From NCBI GenBank assembly GCA_043818055.1, contig JBDRGF010000104.1:1-54917 (forward strand): a DNA stretch of 54,917 bases. The letters are read 5' to 3'. A model generated the notes under the pieces. It ran no database searches, was not told where the DNA came from, and saw only the letters and a program-made list of their open reading frames with translations. Numbering within the stretch: the stretch's first letter is position 1; the number at the start of each line of letters is the position of its first letter. Both the position numbers and the translations under genes were made by a program. The stretch is from Pseudomonadota bacterium. GTDB lineage: Bacteria > UBA10199 > 2-02-FULL-44-16 > JBDRGF01. Shown here piece by piece: positions 40,569 through 50,621 of this stretch.

Positions 40569-40600
40569 AATTTTAATGTAATGGTTGTATAAATTTAGCC

Positions 40601-40616
40601 GCGGGCTTTAGCCCGC
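40601..40616. repeat. REP-like hairpin
   Basis: TTAGCC followed by GCGGGCT-TT-AGCCCGC. Confidence 0.45.
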
Positions 40617-40644
40617 ACTGGGTTTTTTGAAAGGAGTATGAGTT

Positions 40645-40995
40645 ATGCCAAGGAGTAAAAAGGGAACAGTAAACAGAAGAAGACATAATAAGTTGTTGAA
40701 AAAGGCGAAGGGGTATTTCAGTGCCCGTCATCGCCTGGTCAGGACAGCTCTCAATGCCGTTGATAAGGCTTTGAAATATGCCTATGTCGGTCGCAAACTT
40801 AAAAAACGCGATTTCAGGGCATTGTGGAATGTGAGGATCGGCGCTGCTGCAAAGGAGCTTGGTTTCTCCTACAGTCGTTTGATCGGAGGTCTGAAGAAGA
40901 AGAATATCGAAATCAACAGGAAGATGCTCGCAGAACTTGCAATGAATAATCCCGATGATTTCAAGACGCTGGTAGAAACGGCTTGCGCACAGTAA
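40645..40995 (+). CDS. rplT: 50S ribosomal protein L20
   Basis: AKGY, KKRDFRALW, NRKMLAELA. Confidence 0.97.
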   Translation: MPRSKKGTVNRRRHNKLLKKAKGYFSARHRLVRTALNAVDKALKYAYVGRKLKKRDFRALWNVRIGAAAKELGFSYSRLIGGLKKKNIEINRKMLAELAMNNPDDFKTLVETACAQ

Positions 40996-41000
40996 AAAAA

Positions 41001-42026
41001 ATGAATGAAGTGCTCGAAAAAATCAAAGGCCTTGATGAAGCAGCAAAGAAGGAACTCGATGCTGTTGTTGATCTCAGTGGGTTACAGCATTTAAAAGTAA
41101 AGTATCTTGGCCGGAAGGGTGAGCTCACAACGATACTGAAATCGATGGGCTCCCTTACGCCCGATGAAAAACCGGTTATCGGCAAAGTGATCAACGATCT
41201 GAAGGTGAGCCTCACTGCTCTAATCGAAGATAAATCAAAAGTGCTGTCTGAGAGCGAGCTTCAGAATCAACTCTCACAGGAAAAAATCGATGTCACAGTT
41301 CCTGCCAGAGGGATACTTCCCGGGCATTCTCACCCCCTCACAATGATGAACGATGAGATAGTCAGAGTTTTCAAGGGCCTTGGATTTTCCACTTATGAAG
41401 GACCTGAGGTCGAGACCGACTACTATAATTTCGAAGCACTCAATATGCCGGCAAATCACCCCGCGAGGGATATGCATGACACCTTTTACGTCAAGGGTGG
41501 CAAATTGCTTCGCACCCACACCTCCACAGTGCAGATACATGTGATGAAGAATCAATCCCCACCGGTCTATATGATCGCCCCGGGGGCGGTCTATCGCAGG
41601 GACAACGATCTCTCCCATTCCCCTATGTTCTATCAGGTTGAGGGGTTGATGGTGGATCGAAACATCTCGTTTGGAGATCTCAAAGGGATCTTAAGCACAT
41701 TTTGCAGGGAGGTTTTCGGCACGAAACTCAAAGTCAGATTCAGGCCGAGTTTTTTTCCTTTCACCGAGCCCTCTGCAGAACTCGACATTAGCTGTGTAAT
41801 CTGTGACGGGAAGGGGTGTCAGGTCTGCAAACAGAGCGGATGGATTGAGGTTCTGGGATGCGGTATGGTCGATCCCGAGGTCTTCAAGGCAGTTGGATAC
41901 GATTCCAATATGGTTCAGGGTTTTGCATTTGGTATGGGTGTGGATAGGTTCGCAATGTTAAAGTACAAAATTAATAATATTCGTTTATTTTATGAGAATG
42001 ATCTTAGATTTTTGGAGCAGTTCTGA
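41001..42026 (+). CDS. pheS: Phenylalanyl-tRNA synthetase alpha subunit
   Basis: HPARDMHDTFY, LRTHTS, FPFTEPS, GFAFGMG. Confidence 0.97.
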   Translation: MNEVLEKIKGLDEAAKKELDAVVDLSGLQHLKVKYLGRKGELTTILKSMGSLTPDEKPVIGKVINDLKVSLTALIEDKSKVLSESELQNQLSQEKIDVTVPARGILPGHSHPLTMMNDEIVRVFKGLGFSTYEGPEVETDYYNFEALNMPANHPARDMHDTFYVKGGKLLRTHTSTVQIHVMKNQSPPVYMIAPGAVYRRDNDLSHSPMFYQVEGLMVDRNISFGDLKGILSTFCREVFGTKLKVRFRPSFFPFTEPSAELDISCVICDGKGCQVCKQSGWIEVLGCGMVDPEVFKAVGYDSNMVQGFAFGMGVDRFAMLKYKINNIRLFYENDLRFLEQF

Positions 42027-44065
42027 TGAAAGTCCCTTTGAGCTGGATTAAAAAATTTACTGATTACAAGGGCTCTGCCGAAGATCTCGCCGATAAGCTC
42101 ACCTTCGGAGGACTCGAAGTTGAAGATATGCATGCTATTTCGGACGATGTCGTTTTTGATATCAATGTCACCGCAAATCGCGCCGATTGTCTTTCAGTGA
42201 TAGGAATATCGAGAGAGGCCGCCGCATTAACAGGTTCGAGGTTTAGCGATATTTCTATTAAACCCTCTATCGGAAGGGTGAGGATAAGCGCCGAGTTGAT
42301 CGTTGAGGTTAAGAATGATGCCGCATGTCCTCGTTATATGACCAGAATCATTCAGGGCGTGAAGATTGCACCATCACCCGATTGGCTGGTGAAGGCCCTC
42401 GGATTAGTCGGCATCAGGCCTATAAATAACGTCGTTGATGCGACAAACTATGTCATGTGGGAGATCGGTCAACCTCTCCACGCCTTCGACCGACGCTATA
42501 TCAGCGATAACAAAATCGTTATAAGAAACGCTTCTGATAACGAGGTGTTTGTGACCCTCGATGGCGTCGAGAGGAAGCTCACCCAGGATGATCTGCTGAT
42601 TGCAGACAACGAAAGGGGTATCGCACTCGCAGGTGTCATGGGGGGGAAGAATTCTGAAGTGAGGGATGATACGACCGAAGTTGTGCTCGAGAGCGCCTAT
42701 TTTCATCCCACGAACATAGCTAAGACATCCAAACGATTGGGGCTGGTTTCCGAGTCATCGCGTCGTTTCGAAAGGGGTGTCGATCCCAACCGTGTGAACC
42801 TTGGATTGCATCGCCTGACGGAGTTGATTCTTGAGCTAGCAGGGGGAGAGGCGACGCTCGATTGGATCGATGCATCCGCAAAGACTCACCCACCTTCTAA
42901 GGTCAATCTTTCATTGAAAAGACTGAGTTCAATTTTAGGGATTGAAATCTCACCCGACAGAACGAAGAAACTTTTGAATTCGATTGGACTCAAGCTTGTG
43001 AGAAAGGGTCGCGAAGAGCTGGTATTTGAAGTCCCGACTTTCAGAGGGGATTTGACGAGGGATATCGATCTGATCGAGGAGATCGCCCGTTTACACGGCT
43101 ATGAAAATATTCCTGAGACGATGCCGACTATCGCGATCAAGATGCCAGCCGAACCTGCCAACATGAATTATATTTCAAAGGCGAAGGGTGCTCTAAAAAT
43201 TGCAGGGATGACCGAGGCGAGACTGCTTTCATTTACAAGCCTTGAAAAACTTTCCCGTTTGGGTGCAGGGGCAGATGTCGTTGAACTTGCTAACCCTTTT
43301 TCAAACGAGGATGCGGCATTAAGTACAACTTTGATTCCGGGACTGCTCGACCTTGCTGCCCTCAATTTCAACCGTCAGAAGAGGGATATCTCGGTCTTTA
43401 CAATACAAAATGTTTACAGAGGCGATAAAGAGGAGCTCTCTCTTGCAGGTTTCGTATCAGGGAGAAATTCACCTTATGACTGGTCTAATGACAGAGTGGT
43501 CGATTTTTACGATCTGAAAAGAATTGTTGAGACCGTTTTTCTTTCATTGGGGCTTAAAAAAGATGTTGAATACCTCATAGATAATCTCCCCCCGTTTTTA
43601 CACCCGGGAGAAGGGGCAAATATTTCATATCAGGGGGAGTCTCTGGGGTGTCTCGGAAAGATGAACCCAAAGACATCAAAATTATGGGATATAGAGGCTC
43701 CGATTTACATATTTGAGATGAATTTTAGTAAAATTGCTGAGATATCCAGATTAATTACTCCTGAATATGCTGAAATCTCAAAATTTCCCAGTGTCGAGAG
43801 GGATTTTGCCATTTTGGTCTCCGATGATGTCACGGTCGATCAGATTATGAAGGAAATTTTAAGTTTGAAGGTCAATTTCCTTAAAAATATGCACCTTTTT
43901 GACATTTATAAGGGAAAAAGTGTTCCTGATGGCCAAAAAAGCCTTGCATTTCGTCTGAATTATGGACTTATTGACAGGACATTGACCGATGAGGAAGTAA
44001 ATAGCGCTCAGGAAAAAATTATTGAGATTCTTAATAAAAATTGCAATGCTCAGTTGCGCACATGA
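42026..44065 (+). CDS. pheT: Phenylalanyl-tRNA synthetase beta subunit, short form
   Basis: NRADCLS, INNVVDATNY, RFERGVD, DLIEEIAR, ERDFA. Confidence 0.96.
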   Translation: MKVPLSWIKKFTDYKGSAEDLADKLTFGGLEVEDMHAISDDVVFDINVTANRADCLSVIGISREAAALTGSRFSDISIKPSIGRVRISAELIVEVKNDAACPRYMTRIIQGVKIAPSPDWLVKALGLVGIRPINNVVDATNYVMWEIGQPLHAFDRRYISDNKIVIRNASDNEVFVTLDGVERKLTQDDLLIADNERGIALAGVMGGKNSEVRDDTTEVVLESAYFHPTNIAKTSKRLGLVSESSRRFERGVDPNRVNLGLHRLTELILELAGGEATLDWIDASAKTHPPSKVNLSLKRLSSILGIEISPDRTKKLLNSIGLKLVRKGREELVFEVPTFRGDLTRDIDLIEEIARLHGYENIPETMPTIAIKMPAEPANMNYISKAKGALKIAGMTEARLLSFTSLEKLSRLGAGADVVELANPFSNEDAALSTTLIPGLLDLAALNFNRQKRDISVFTIQNVYRGDKEELSLAGFVSGRNSPYDWSNDRVVDFYDLKRIVETVFLSLGLKKDVEYLIDNLPPFLHPGEGANISYQGESLGCLGKMNPKTSKLWDIEAPIYIFEMNFSKIAEISRLITPEYAEISKFPSVERDFAILVSDDVTVDQIMKEILSLKVNFLKNMHLFDIYKGKSVPDGQKSLAFRLNYGLIDRTLTDEEVNSAQEKIIEILNKNCNAQLRT

Positions 44066-44132
44066 GTTTTTTAGTGTATGTTACAACAACGGCTTGAGGT
44101 AATTTATTTAAGTTGTTGAAAAGGAGGGTGTT

Positions 44133-44450
44133 ATGACGAAAGCTGATATAATCGAACGCATCTACGAGAAGATCGGTTTCTCGAAAAAGGAATCAGCGGA
44201 GATTGTGGAGATGGTTTTTGATACCATGAAAGAGACTCTGGAAAAGGGAGAGAAGATAAAAATTTCCGGATTCGGAAATTTTGTGGTCCGCCAAAAACGT
44301 CCAAGGGTTGGAAGAAATCCCCAGACCGGTGAAGAGATTGAGATTTCCGCAAGGAAAGTTTTGACCTTCAGGCCGAGTCAGGTGCTGAAATCGGTGCTTA
44401 ATCAGGAAGAGGAAGCTACTTTAAAAACGCCGCCAGTTGATATGTTATAA
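44133..44450 (+). CDS. ihfA: Integration host factor alpha
   Basis: MTKAD, ISGFGNF, GRNPQTG; follows pheT. Confidence 0.95.
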   Translation: MTKADIIERIYEKIGFSKKESAEIVEMVFDTMKETLEKGEKIKISGFGNFVVRQKRPRVGRNPQTGEEIEISARKVLTFRPSQVLKSVLNQEEEATLKTPPVDML

Positions 44451-44476
44451 ATCGTAATTTCTTTCATGGAGGCTTA

Positions 44477-44992
44477 GTGGAAAGAGCTATACCCAACAAA
44501 TTATATTTTCGCATCGGTGAGGTGAGCGATCTCGTCGGAGTAAAGCCCTATGTGCTGAGATATTGGGAAACCGAGTTTGGCGATATCAAACCTACAAAAT
44601 CTAAGTCTGGACAGCGACTCTATAAGCGCCGCGATGTCGAAATGCTGATGAAGATCAAAGAGCTCCTCTATAATGAGCGTTTCACAATTGATGGTGCCAG
44701 AAAACGTCTCAAAGATGATGATCACGGAGGACCAAGAACAGACGAAGAGGCCGCTTTAGGTGCAGTGAACAGAATATCGGCCACCGCTCTCAAGGGACAG
44801 GTAGCAGGACAGTTGGATGCCTTCACATCTGTCGATGATTCAAGTTATTCAGAGATAACCGATGAGACCGATTGTGCACCCTCTGTCGCAACCCGGTCAA
44901 AATATATCAAGGTTGCAAACGAAGATAACAGAAAGTTGCTAACAAAGATCAAAACAGACTTAAGCGCTCTTTTAGAATTAGTCAGGGAATAA
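44477..44992 (+). CDS. MerR-family transcriptional regulator
   Basis: [25 protein letters not shown]; usual position after ihfA. Confidence 0.92.
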   Translation: MERAIPNKLYFRIGEVSDLVGVKPYVLRYWETEFGDIKPTKSKSGQRLYKRRDVEMLMKIKELLYNERFTIDGARKRLKDDDHGGPRTDEEAALGAVNRISATALKGQVAGQLDAFTSVDDSSYSEITDETDCAPSVATRSKYIKVANEDNRKLLTKIKTDLSALLELVRE

Positions 44993-45017
44993 CAGCTAAA
45001 ACGGAAGTGAAATAAAA

Positions 45018-45052
45018 GTCACTGATGCGTCAAAAGTCAGTGACATTTTTTT
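45018..45052 (+). terminator. Possible intrinsic terminator
   Basis: GTCACTGA...TCAGTGAC stem followed by A and T7. Confidence 0.5.
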
Positions 45053-45092
45053 ATAATGAAGTAACTGGCTCTTTTAAATCGTGAATTCAGTT

Positions 45093-45169
<77 letters not shown>

Positions 45170-45324
45170 TGGATTCATGAAAAGTTTAGCGATGAAAAAT
45201 ATAAAAACAAAAAATCCGTAGGGCTACTTGCTTATTTACCAGTTTTAACTTGCGAGAATTAGTGCAGAATTCAATTGTTGCAAAAATTGCAACAGTTCAA
45301 AAAATACTTAATTAGTAAAGTGTT

Positions 45325-46182
45325 ATGAGCAATGAAAACAACAAAATAGTTCTTTTTAAAAACCGGAAAATACGGCGTATTTGGTATGAAGACAAATGGT
45401 TCTATTCAGTGGTGGATATCGTGGAGGCTTTGACTGAGAGTCCGACTCCTCGTCAATACTGGGGGAAGGTAAAACAGAGGGAGTTTATTGATCTTCAGCT
45501 GTCCCCAATTTGGGTACAACTAAAATTAGAGAGCTCGGATGGTAAAAAATACACTACCGATTGTGTCAATACCAAAAGCGCATTGCGTCTTATTCAGTCA
45601 ATTCCTAGTAAAAAAGCTGAGCCGTTTAAGCGTTGGTTGGCGCAGGTGGGAAAAGAGCGATTGGACGAGATAGAAAATCCGGAACTGGCGCAAGAGAGAA
45701 TGAAAACGCTCTATGAACAAAAAGGCTATCCCAAAGTATGGATAGATAAGCGCCTGCGAGGTATTGCTATTCGGCAAAACCTGACCGACGAATGGAAAGA
45801 GCGAGGAATTATTACTCAAAAAGAATACGCGATTTTAACCGCGGAAATTTCCCAAGCCACTTTTGGCATGACGCCGAGCGAGTATAAAAAAATAAAAAAT
45901 ATTCCGCCAAAATCCAAAGCCAATTTACGAGACAATATGACCGATCTGGAGCTTATTTTCACCATGTTGGGTGAGAAGGTAACCACCGAGATTTCTTACA
46001 AAGAAAAGCCCAAAGGCATGCCGGCCAATAAAAAAGTTGCCAAACGCGGCGGAGACGTGGCAGGGAAAGCGCGGAAAGAAACGGAAAAGGAACTGGGAAG
46101 AAGCGTTATTTCAAATGAAAATTATTTAGAATTAGAAAGTGTTGAAGAAAGACCAAAATTATCTGATAAAAAGCAAGATTGA
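45325..46182 (+). CDS. BRO-N domain protein (antirepressor-like)
   Basis: IRRIW..WFYSVVDIV, LIQSIPSKKAEPFKRWLA, NLRDNMTDLEL. Confidence 0.85.
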   Translation: MSNENNKIVLFKNRKIRRIWYEDKWFYSVVDIVEALTESPTPRQYWGKVKQREFIDLQLSPIWVQLKLESSDGKKYTTDCVNTKSALRLIQSIPSKKAEPFKRWLAQVGKERLDEIENPELAQERMKTLYEQKGYPKVWIDKRLRGIAIRQNLTDEWKERGIITQKEYAILTAEISQATFGMTPSEYKKIKNIPPKSKANLRDNMTDLELIFTMLGEKVTTEISYKEKPKGMPANKKVAKRGGDVAGKARKETEKELGRSVISNENYLELESVEERPKLSDKKQD

Positions 46183-46279
46183 TTATGAGTGAAACAGGTG
46201 GAGTCTAAATAACAGGAAAAGAGGGACGTTAAAAAAATGAAAGTTTTTTTGCTTTAATTGCGACCTGAATTCATATTTT

Positions 46280-46945
46280 ATGCTTCTTCAATCAAAAATC
46301 CTCTCTCAAATTCCAAACCTCTCCCACGGCTTTGGAACGGGGGAATTCGCCTTTGAAGATTATTTTTCCACGAGAGATATATCGATACCTCAAACACATC
46401 AAATCCACAGCGATATAGTAATAAATCTGGCTCATACTGCGCAGACTGAAATTCTTGAAGGAGACGCCTTCATAACTGATCAGCCGGGTAGTCTCTGCTA
46501 TATTCGAACTGCGGATTGTGTTCCGATTCTCATTGCCGATAAAAAACGGATGGCAATCGCGGCAGTTCATGCCGGATGGAAGGGGACTCATCAGAATATC
46601 GTTTCAAAGACGCTCATAGCTATGAAGGAATCTTTTGGAACGAATGCAGGTGATTGCATGGCAGCGATCGGTCCCGCGATTTGTTCTTCATGTTATGAGG
46701 TCGGTGATGAAGTGATCGATGCGCTTTCACAGCTTCCTATAGCCATTGATGAACATCTTACCGGCATGAATATCGATCTCTCAGGAATAAATGCTTCATT
46801 GCTTGAAAAAGCTGGAGTGAATAAAGAGAATATCGAGCAACTAGGTCTTTGTACCAAGTGCGATGAGCGATTTAATTCGTATCGAAAAAACAGAACCGCA
46901 GGGAGGCAGATAAGTTTTATCATCAAGACTGAAGAGCGCATATAG
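46280..46945 (+). CDS. pgeF: YfiH/PgeF-family protein
   Basis: QIHS, TADCVP, HAGWKG, GPAI...CYEVG, SYR. Confidence 0.93.
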   Translation: MLLQSKILSQIPNLSHGFGTGEFAFEDYFSTRDISIPQTHQIHSDIVINLAHTAQTEILEGDAFITDQPGSLCYIRTADCVPILIADKKRMAIAAVHAGWKGTHQNIVSKTLIAMKESFGTNAGDCMAAIGPAICSSCYEVGDEVIDALSQLPIAIDEHLTGMNIDLSGINASLLEKAGVNKENIEQLGLCTKCDERFNSYRKNRTAGRQISFIIKTEERI

Positions 46946-47023
46946 CATATGGCATATAGTATATGGTGAAAAGCTCTGACATCGAGTTCGTAACCATATG
47001 CTATATACAATATGCCATATACG
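46936..47023. repeat. Heptamer-repeat palindrome, family A, overlapping the pgeF stop
   Basis: GCGCATAT AGCATAT GGCATAT AGTATAT GGT ... ACCATATG CTATATA CAATATG CCATATA CG. Confidence 0.8.
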
Positions 47024-47093
47024 TTTTTGCTTTTTTATGTTTCTTGTCACCGTTTCTTCTAGCTGATATACTCCAAAAAAATCTGGAGGAATA

Positions 47094-48134
47094 ATGAAAC
47101 TTCTAAAAGAACTCATCTGTGCATTTGGTATTAGCGGGTACGAGGTCGAAGTCAGAAACATTATCAAACGTGAGATCAAGGATTATGTGGATGAGGTGAA
47201 GATCGACAAGATGGGGAATCTTATTGCATATAAAAAGGGAAAACCGCCGCGTGGGATGTTGGCCGCTCACATGGACGAAGTCGGTCTCATGATAAAATCG
47301 ATAAATGATAAGGGATTGATAAAATGTTCTACCGTTGGCAGCCTTGAAGCCGTGAGTCTTATCGGTGCACATGTTCAGATTATGACAAAGACCGGTAAGA
47401 TATACGGTATAGTCACCACGAAGGAGATGAGCAATTGTGAGGAGATAACTGAACTGCCGTTTATTAGTGATATCATTGTCGATACAGGTTTGAAAAAGGC
47501 AGAGCTTAAGAAAAAGGGTGTCGATGTAGGCTCTTACATTGAACTTGAAGCCCCCACCTATTTTCACTTCGGAAAGAAGTTGGTGGGAAAGAGCCTCGAC
47601 GATCGTATCGGGTGCTATATTTTGTGTGAGGTGATCAAGAGATGCAGGAAAAATCCCTTTGAGTATTATTTTGTCTTCACTGTGCAGGAGGAGATAGGTC
47701 TGCATGGTGCCAGAACCTCCGCGTATTCGATCATGCCCGACTGGGGCCTTGCCGTTGATGTCTGTGTCGCCAACGATCTGATGAAAGAGCCAGGCGAGGA
47801 TGCGATATCGTTGGGAGAGGGTCCAACACTTACTGTCATGGACAACTCGATGATTGCAAGTCGACGCATAAATACGCATATCAAATCGATAGCCAAAACC
47901 AAAAAGATCCTCCTGCAATTCGAAGTGAGCGATGTCGGTACGACCGACGCCAGCACGATTTTGACCTCTCGAGGAGGTGTTCCTGCCTCCGTTCTCAGCA
48001 TACCTGTGAGAAACCTGCACACGACCTGCAGCATGGCCCATCAGCGCGATATCAATAACTGCATCCTGCTCTTGCAGGCTTTGATAAACAAACCTCCAAA
48101 GATCGAAGTGCTAAAGAATATATCGAGAATGTGA
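47094..48134 (+). CDS. M42-family metallo-aminopeptidase
   Basis: AHMDEVG, LDDRIG, QEEIGLHGA, GTTDA, RNLH. Confidence 0.93.
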   Translation: MKLLKELICAFGISGYEVEVRNIIKREIKDYVDEVKIDKMGNLIAYKKGKPPRGMLAAHMDEVGLMIKSINDKGLIKCSTVGSLEAVSLIGAHVQIMTKTGKIYGIVTTKEMSNCEEITELPFISDIIVDTGLKKAELKKKGVDVGSYIELEAPTYFHFGKKLVGKSLDDRIGCYILCEVIKRCRKNPFEYYFVFTVQEEIGLHGARTSAYSIMPDWGLAVDVCVANDLMKEPGEDAISLGEGPTLTVMDNSMIASRRINTHIKSIAKTKKILLQFEVSDVGTTDASTILTSRGGVPASVLSIPVRNLHTTCSMAHQRDINNCILLLQALINKPPKIEVLKNISRM

Positions 48135-48135
48135 T

Positions 48136-48257
48136 AAAATCAGTCGCTGGTCGCTAGTTTCTGGTCGCCGGTGGGTTACTGGCAAGAATGGTTGGCTAGT
48201 AACCCAAAAGCTAGCAACCAGCCAGCGACAAGTAACCAGCGACTAGCGACTGATTTT
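48136..48257. repeat. Long heptamer-based palindrome, family B
   Basis: AAAATCAGTCGCT...AGCGACTGATTTT termini; arms built from GTCGCTR units. Confidence 0.8.
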
Positions 48258-48297
48258 TAGTTTGACCTCCCCCCATTAGTTATCTATTTTCCCGCAA

Positions 48298-49344
48298 ATG
48301 AAGAAGAGTGTGTTGATAGGGATTTCCGGCGGAGTTGACAGCTCGGTGGCCGCGTATCTTTTGAAAGAGTCGGGCTATGAGGTCATTGGTGCGACTTTGA
48401 GCCTCTTCAACTGCGATAGGGTGAGCGATAAAAGCTGCTGTAGAAGAGAGGATAAGCTTCTTGCTCAAAAAATTTGTGAACAGTTGGGCATAAAACATCA
48501 CATGATTCATGCCGAAGAGAGGTTTAAGGAGCTTGTGATCGATCCCTTTGTCGAAGAATACCTGAACGGCCGCACACCCAGCCCCTGTATAATTTGCAAC
48601 CGAAAGCTCAAGTTCGAAGCTCTCATGAAAAAAGCGGATGAACTCGGCTGCGAATTTATATCAACAGGTCACTATTGCAGAATAATCGATGGCAGACTTG
48701 TAAGAGGGTTGGATGACAAAAAGGATCAGTCCTATTTTCTCTTCATGCTTGATAAAAGTATGCTGGGGAGGGTTATCTTTCCCCTCGGTGATCACTGTAA
48801 AAAGGATGTAAGAGAAATTGCCACGAAATTAAACCTTCCGACTTCGTCGAAGCGTGAGAGTCAGGAGGTCTGTTTTGTTCCGGATGATGATTATGTCGCT
48901 TATATCGAAGAGGTTGCAAACAATCGTTTGAAAGGGAGCGGCGATTATGTCGATGTTGAGGGAAACGTAATTGGAAAGCACAAAGGAATTCACGCCTATA
49001 CTATAGGTAAAAGAAGAGCTCTGAATTTAAGCCTTGGGAAGAGAAAATACGTTGTGAGAATAGATGCCCCTCAAAACAAGATAGTCATCGGGGATGAAAA
49101 AGATCTGATGAGTAGCAGCATGGTAGTCGAGAAATTGAATTGGTTGGAGATTCCTGATTTTGATAAAAAATATCTTGTTAAGATAAGATATAATCATAAA
49201 GGTGTCATTTCAAAGTTAGAAGCGTCTGGTGATAAAATCAAAGTGAAATTTGATCTTCCGCAAAAAGCAGTCACGCCGGGACAGGCCGCGGTTTTTTACG
49301 ATGGCGATGTGGTTGTGGGTGGAGGGTGGATAGCCCAAGTGTAG
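48298..49344 (+). CDS. mnmA: tRNA 2-thiouridylase
   Basis: SGGVDS, TPSPCIICN, TGHY, KDQSYFL, SQEVCF, PGQ. Confidence 0.96.
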   Translation: MKKSVLIGISGGVDSSVAAYLLKESGYEVIGATLSLFNCDRVSDKSCCRREDKLLAQKICEQLGIKHHMIHAEERFKELVIDPFVEEYLNGRTPSPCIICNRKLKFEALMKKADELGCEFISTGHYCRIIDGRLVRGLDDKKDQSYFLFMLDKSMLGRVIFPLGDHCKKDVREIATKLNLPTSSKRESQEVCFVPDDDYVAYIEEVANNRLKGSGDYVDVEGNVIGKHKGIHAYTIGKRRALNLSLGKRKYVVRIDAPQNKIVIGDEKDLMSSSMVVEKLNWLEIPDFDKKYLVKIRYNHKGVISKLEASGDKIKVKFDLPQKAVTPGQAAVFYDGDVVVGGGWIAQV

Positions 49345-49376
49345 GAGTGTTTAAGTGTAGAAGTATAGAAGTGGAT

Positions 49377-50621
49377 ATGGAAAGAAAACATATAACAGCA
49401 ATCACATTCGGATGTAAGGTGAATCAGTATGACAGTGCTGAGATCGTATCGCTTTGTGTAGGATCGGGATATGAATATGTCGATGATTCTGACGCTGCTG
49501 ATATTGTAATTGTTCATACCTGCGCTGTTACAGCGGAAGCTGTGAGACAGGCGCGGCAGAAGATCAACGCCCTTCATCGCACATATCCTCACTTGAAAAT
49601 TATAATCGCAGGTTGTGCTACAGAGCTTGATTCAAAAGGATGGATGGCGATCGACGGTGTTGTTTTTGTGTGCGGTGTGAGCGACACCGACAGACTAAAA
49701 ACTTATCTAAAATTACCCTCTACAAAAGATGCAGCGTTTAAACAAAAGCGCGCGCGATATTTTATGAAGGTTCAGGATGGATGCGATCACGCATGCAGCT
49801 ACTGTGTCATAAGGCTTGCAAGGGGGAAATCAAGAAGTCGTGATGAAGATTCGATTTTAAAAGAGTATCGCCGCATAAAAGAGCTTGGCGTCAATGAGGT
49901 TGTGCTCACCGGCATCCATCTTGGAGATTATGGCCGCGATCTGAAAGGTTGTTTTGATCTAACGCGCCTGGTAGCGCGCCTCGTAAAAGAAGAGAATTCC
50001 CCCCGCATCAGGCTCTCATCGTTGCATCCAAATGAAATAACAGATGACCTGATATCCATGATGAAAGAGAATAAAAAAATATGCAGACATATTCATCTCT
50101 CAGTGCAGAGCCTCTCAGGTCCTGTTCTTCGCGCCATGAACCGAGATTACGATGCCGCTCTGGTTATTAATCTCATAGAAAGACTAGCGAAAGAGGTCGA
50201 TGGCATCTTCATCGCTGCTGACATAATCACAGGCTTTCCAAACGAATCGGATGAATATTTTTCGCAAACCTATGATGCTTTATGCTCACTTCCGATCTCA
50301 TCTCTCCATGTCTTTCCCTTTTCATCGCGTCCCCGCACTCCCGCAGCTAAGTTACAAAATATCAATACTAAGAGCGCTATAAAGGGGAGGGTTGCCGATT
50401 TAAGAAATTTGTCAGCTAAGAAATGGCAAGAATTTGCAAAGAGTCAGATTGGCAAGGGACTTGAAGTCATAGTGACAAGTGAGGATGATAAAACTGCTAC
50501 TTGCATGAGCGACAACTACTTAAACATAAAATTACCCTCTTCTGTAGTTAAATATGGCGATATTGGAAAAGCTATGATAGGATCCATCGCCGAAATGGAG
50601 GTCTTGGGCAAATGGGTATAG
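49377..50621 (+). CDS. mtaB: tRNA methylthiotransferase (radical SAM)
   Basis: GCKVNQYDS, HTCAVT, KVQDGCDHACSYC, VLTGIHLG. Confidence 0.88.
   Translation: MERKHITAITFGCKVNQYDSAEIVSLCVGSGYEYVDDSDAADIVIVHTCAVTAEAVRQARQKINALHRTYPHLKIIIAGCATELDSKGWMAIDGVVFVCGVSDTDRLKTYLKLPSTKDAAFKQKRARYFMKVQDGCDHACSYCVIRLARGKSRSRDEDSILKEYRRIKELGVNEVVLTGIHLGDYGRDLKGCFDLTRLVARLVKEENSPRIRLSSLHPNEITDDLISMMKENKKICRHIHLSVQSLSGPVLRAMNRDYDAALVINLIERLAKEVDGIFIAADIITGFPNESDEYFSQTYDALCSLPISSLHVFPFSSRPRTPAAKLQNINTKSAIKGRVADLRNLSAKKWQEFAKSQIGKGLEVIVTSEDDKTATCMSDNYLNIKLPSSVVKYGDIGKAMIGSIAEMEVLGKWV

Noticed and set aside
47103..48041. 312-aa antisense ORF
   Set aside because: Entirely antisense to the M42 peptidase; no recognisable features
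49326..49376. N-terminal extensions from the ORF track (mtaB; likewise hpf, era, pheS, response regulator)
   Set aside because: Downstream ATGs fit family N-termini and SD or overlap patterns better; the mtaB extension is an octamer repeat
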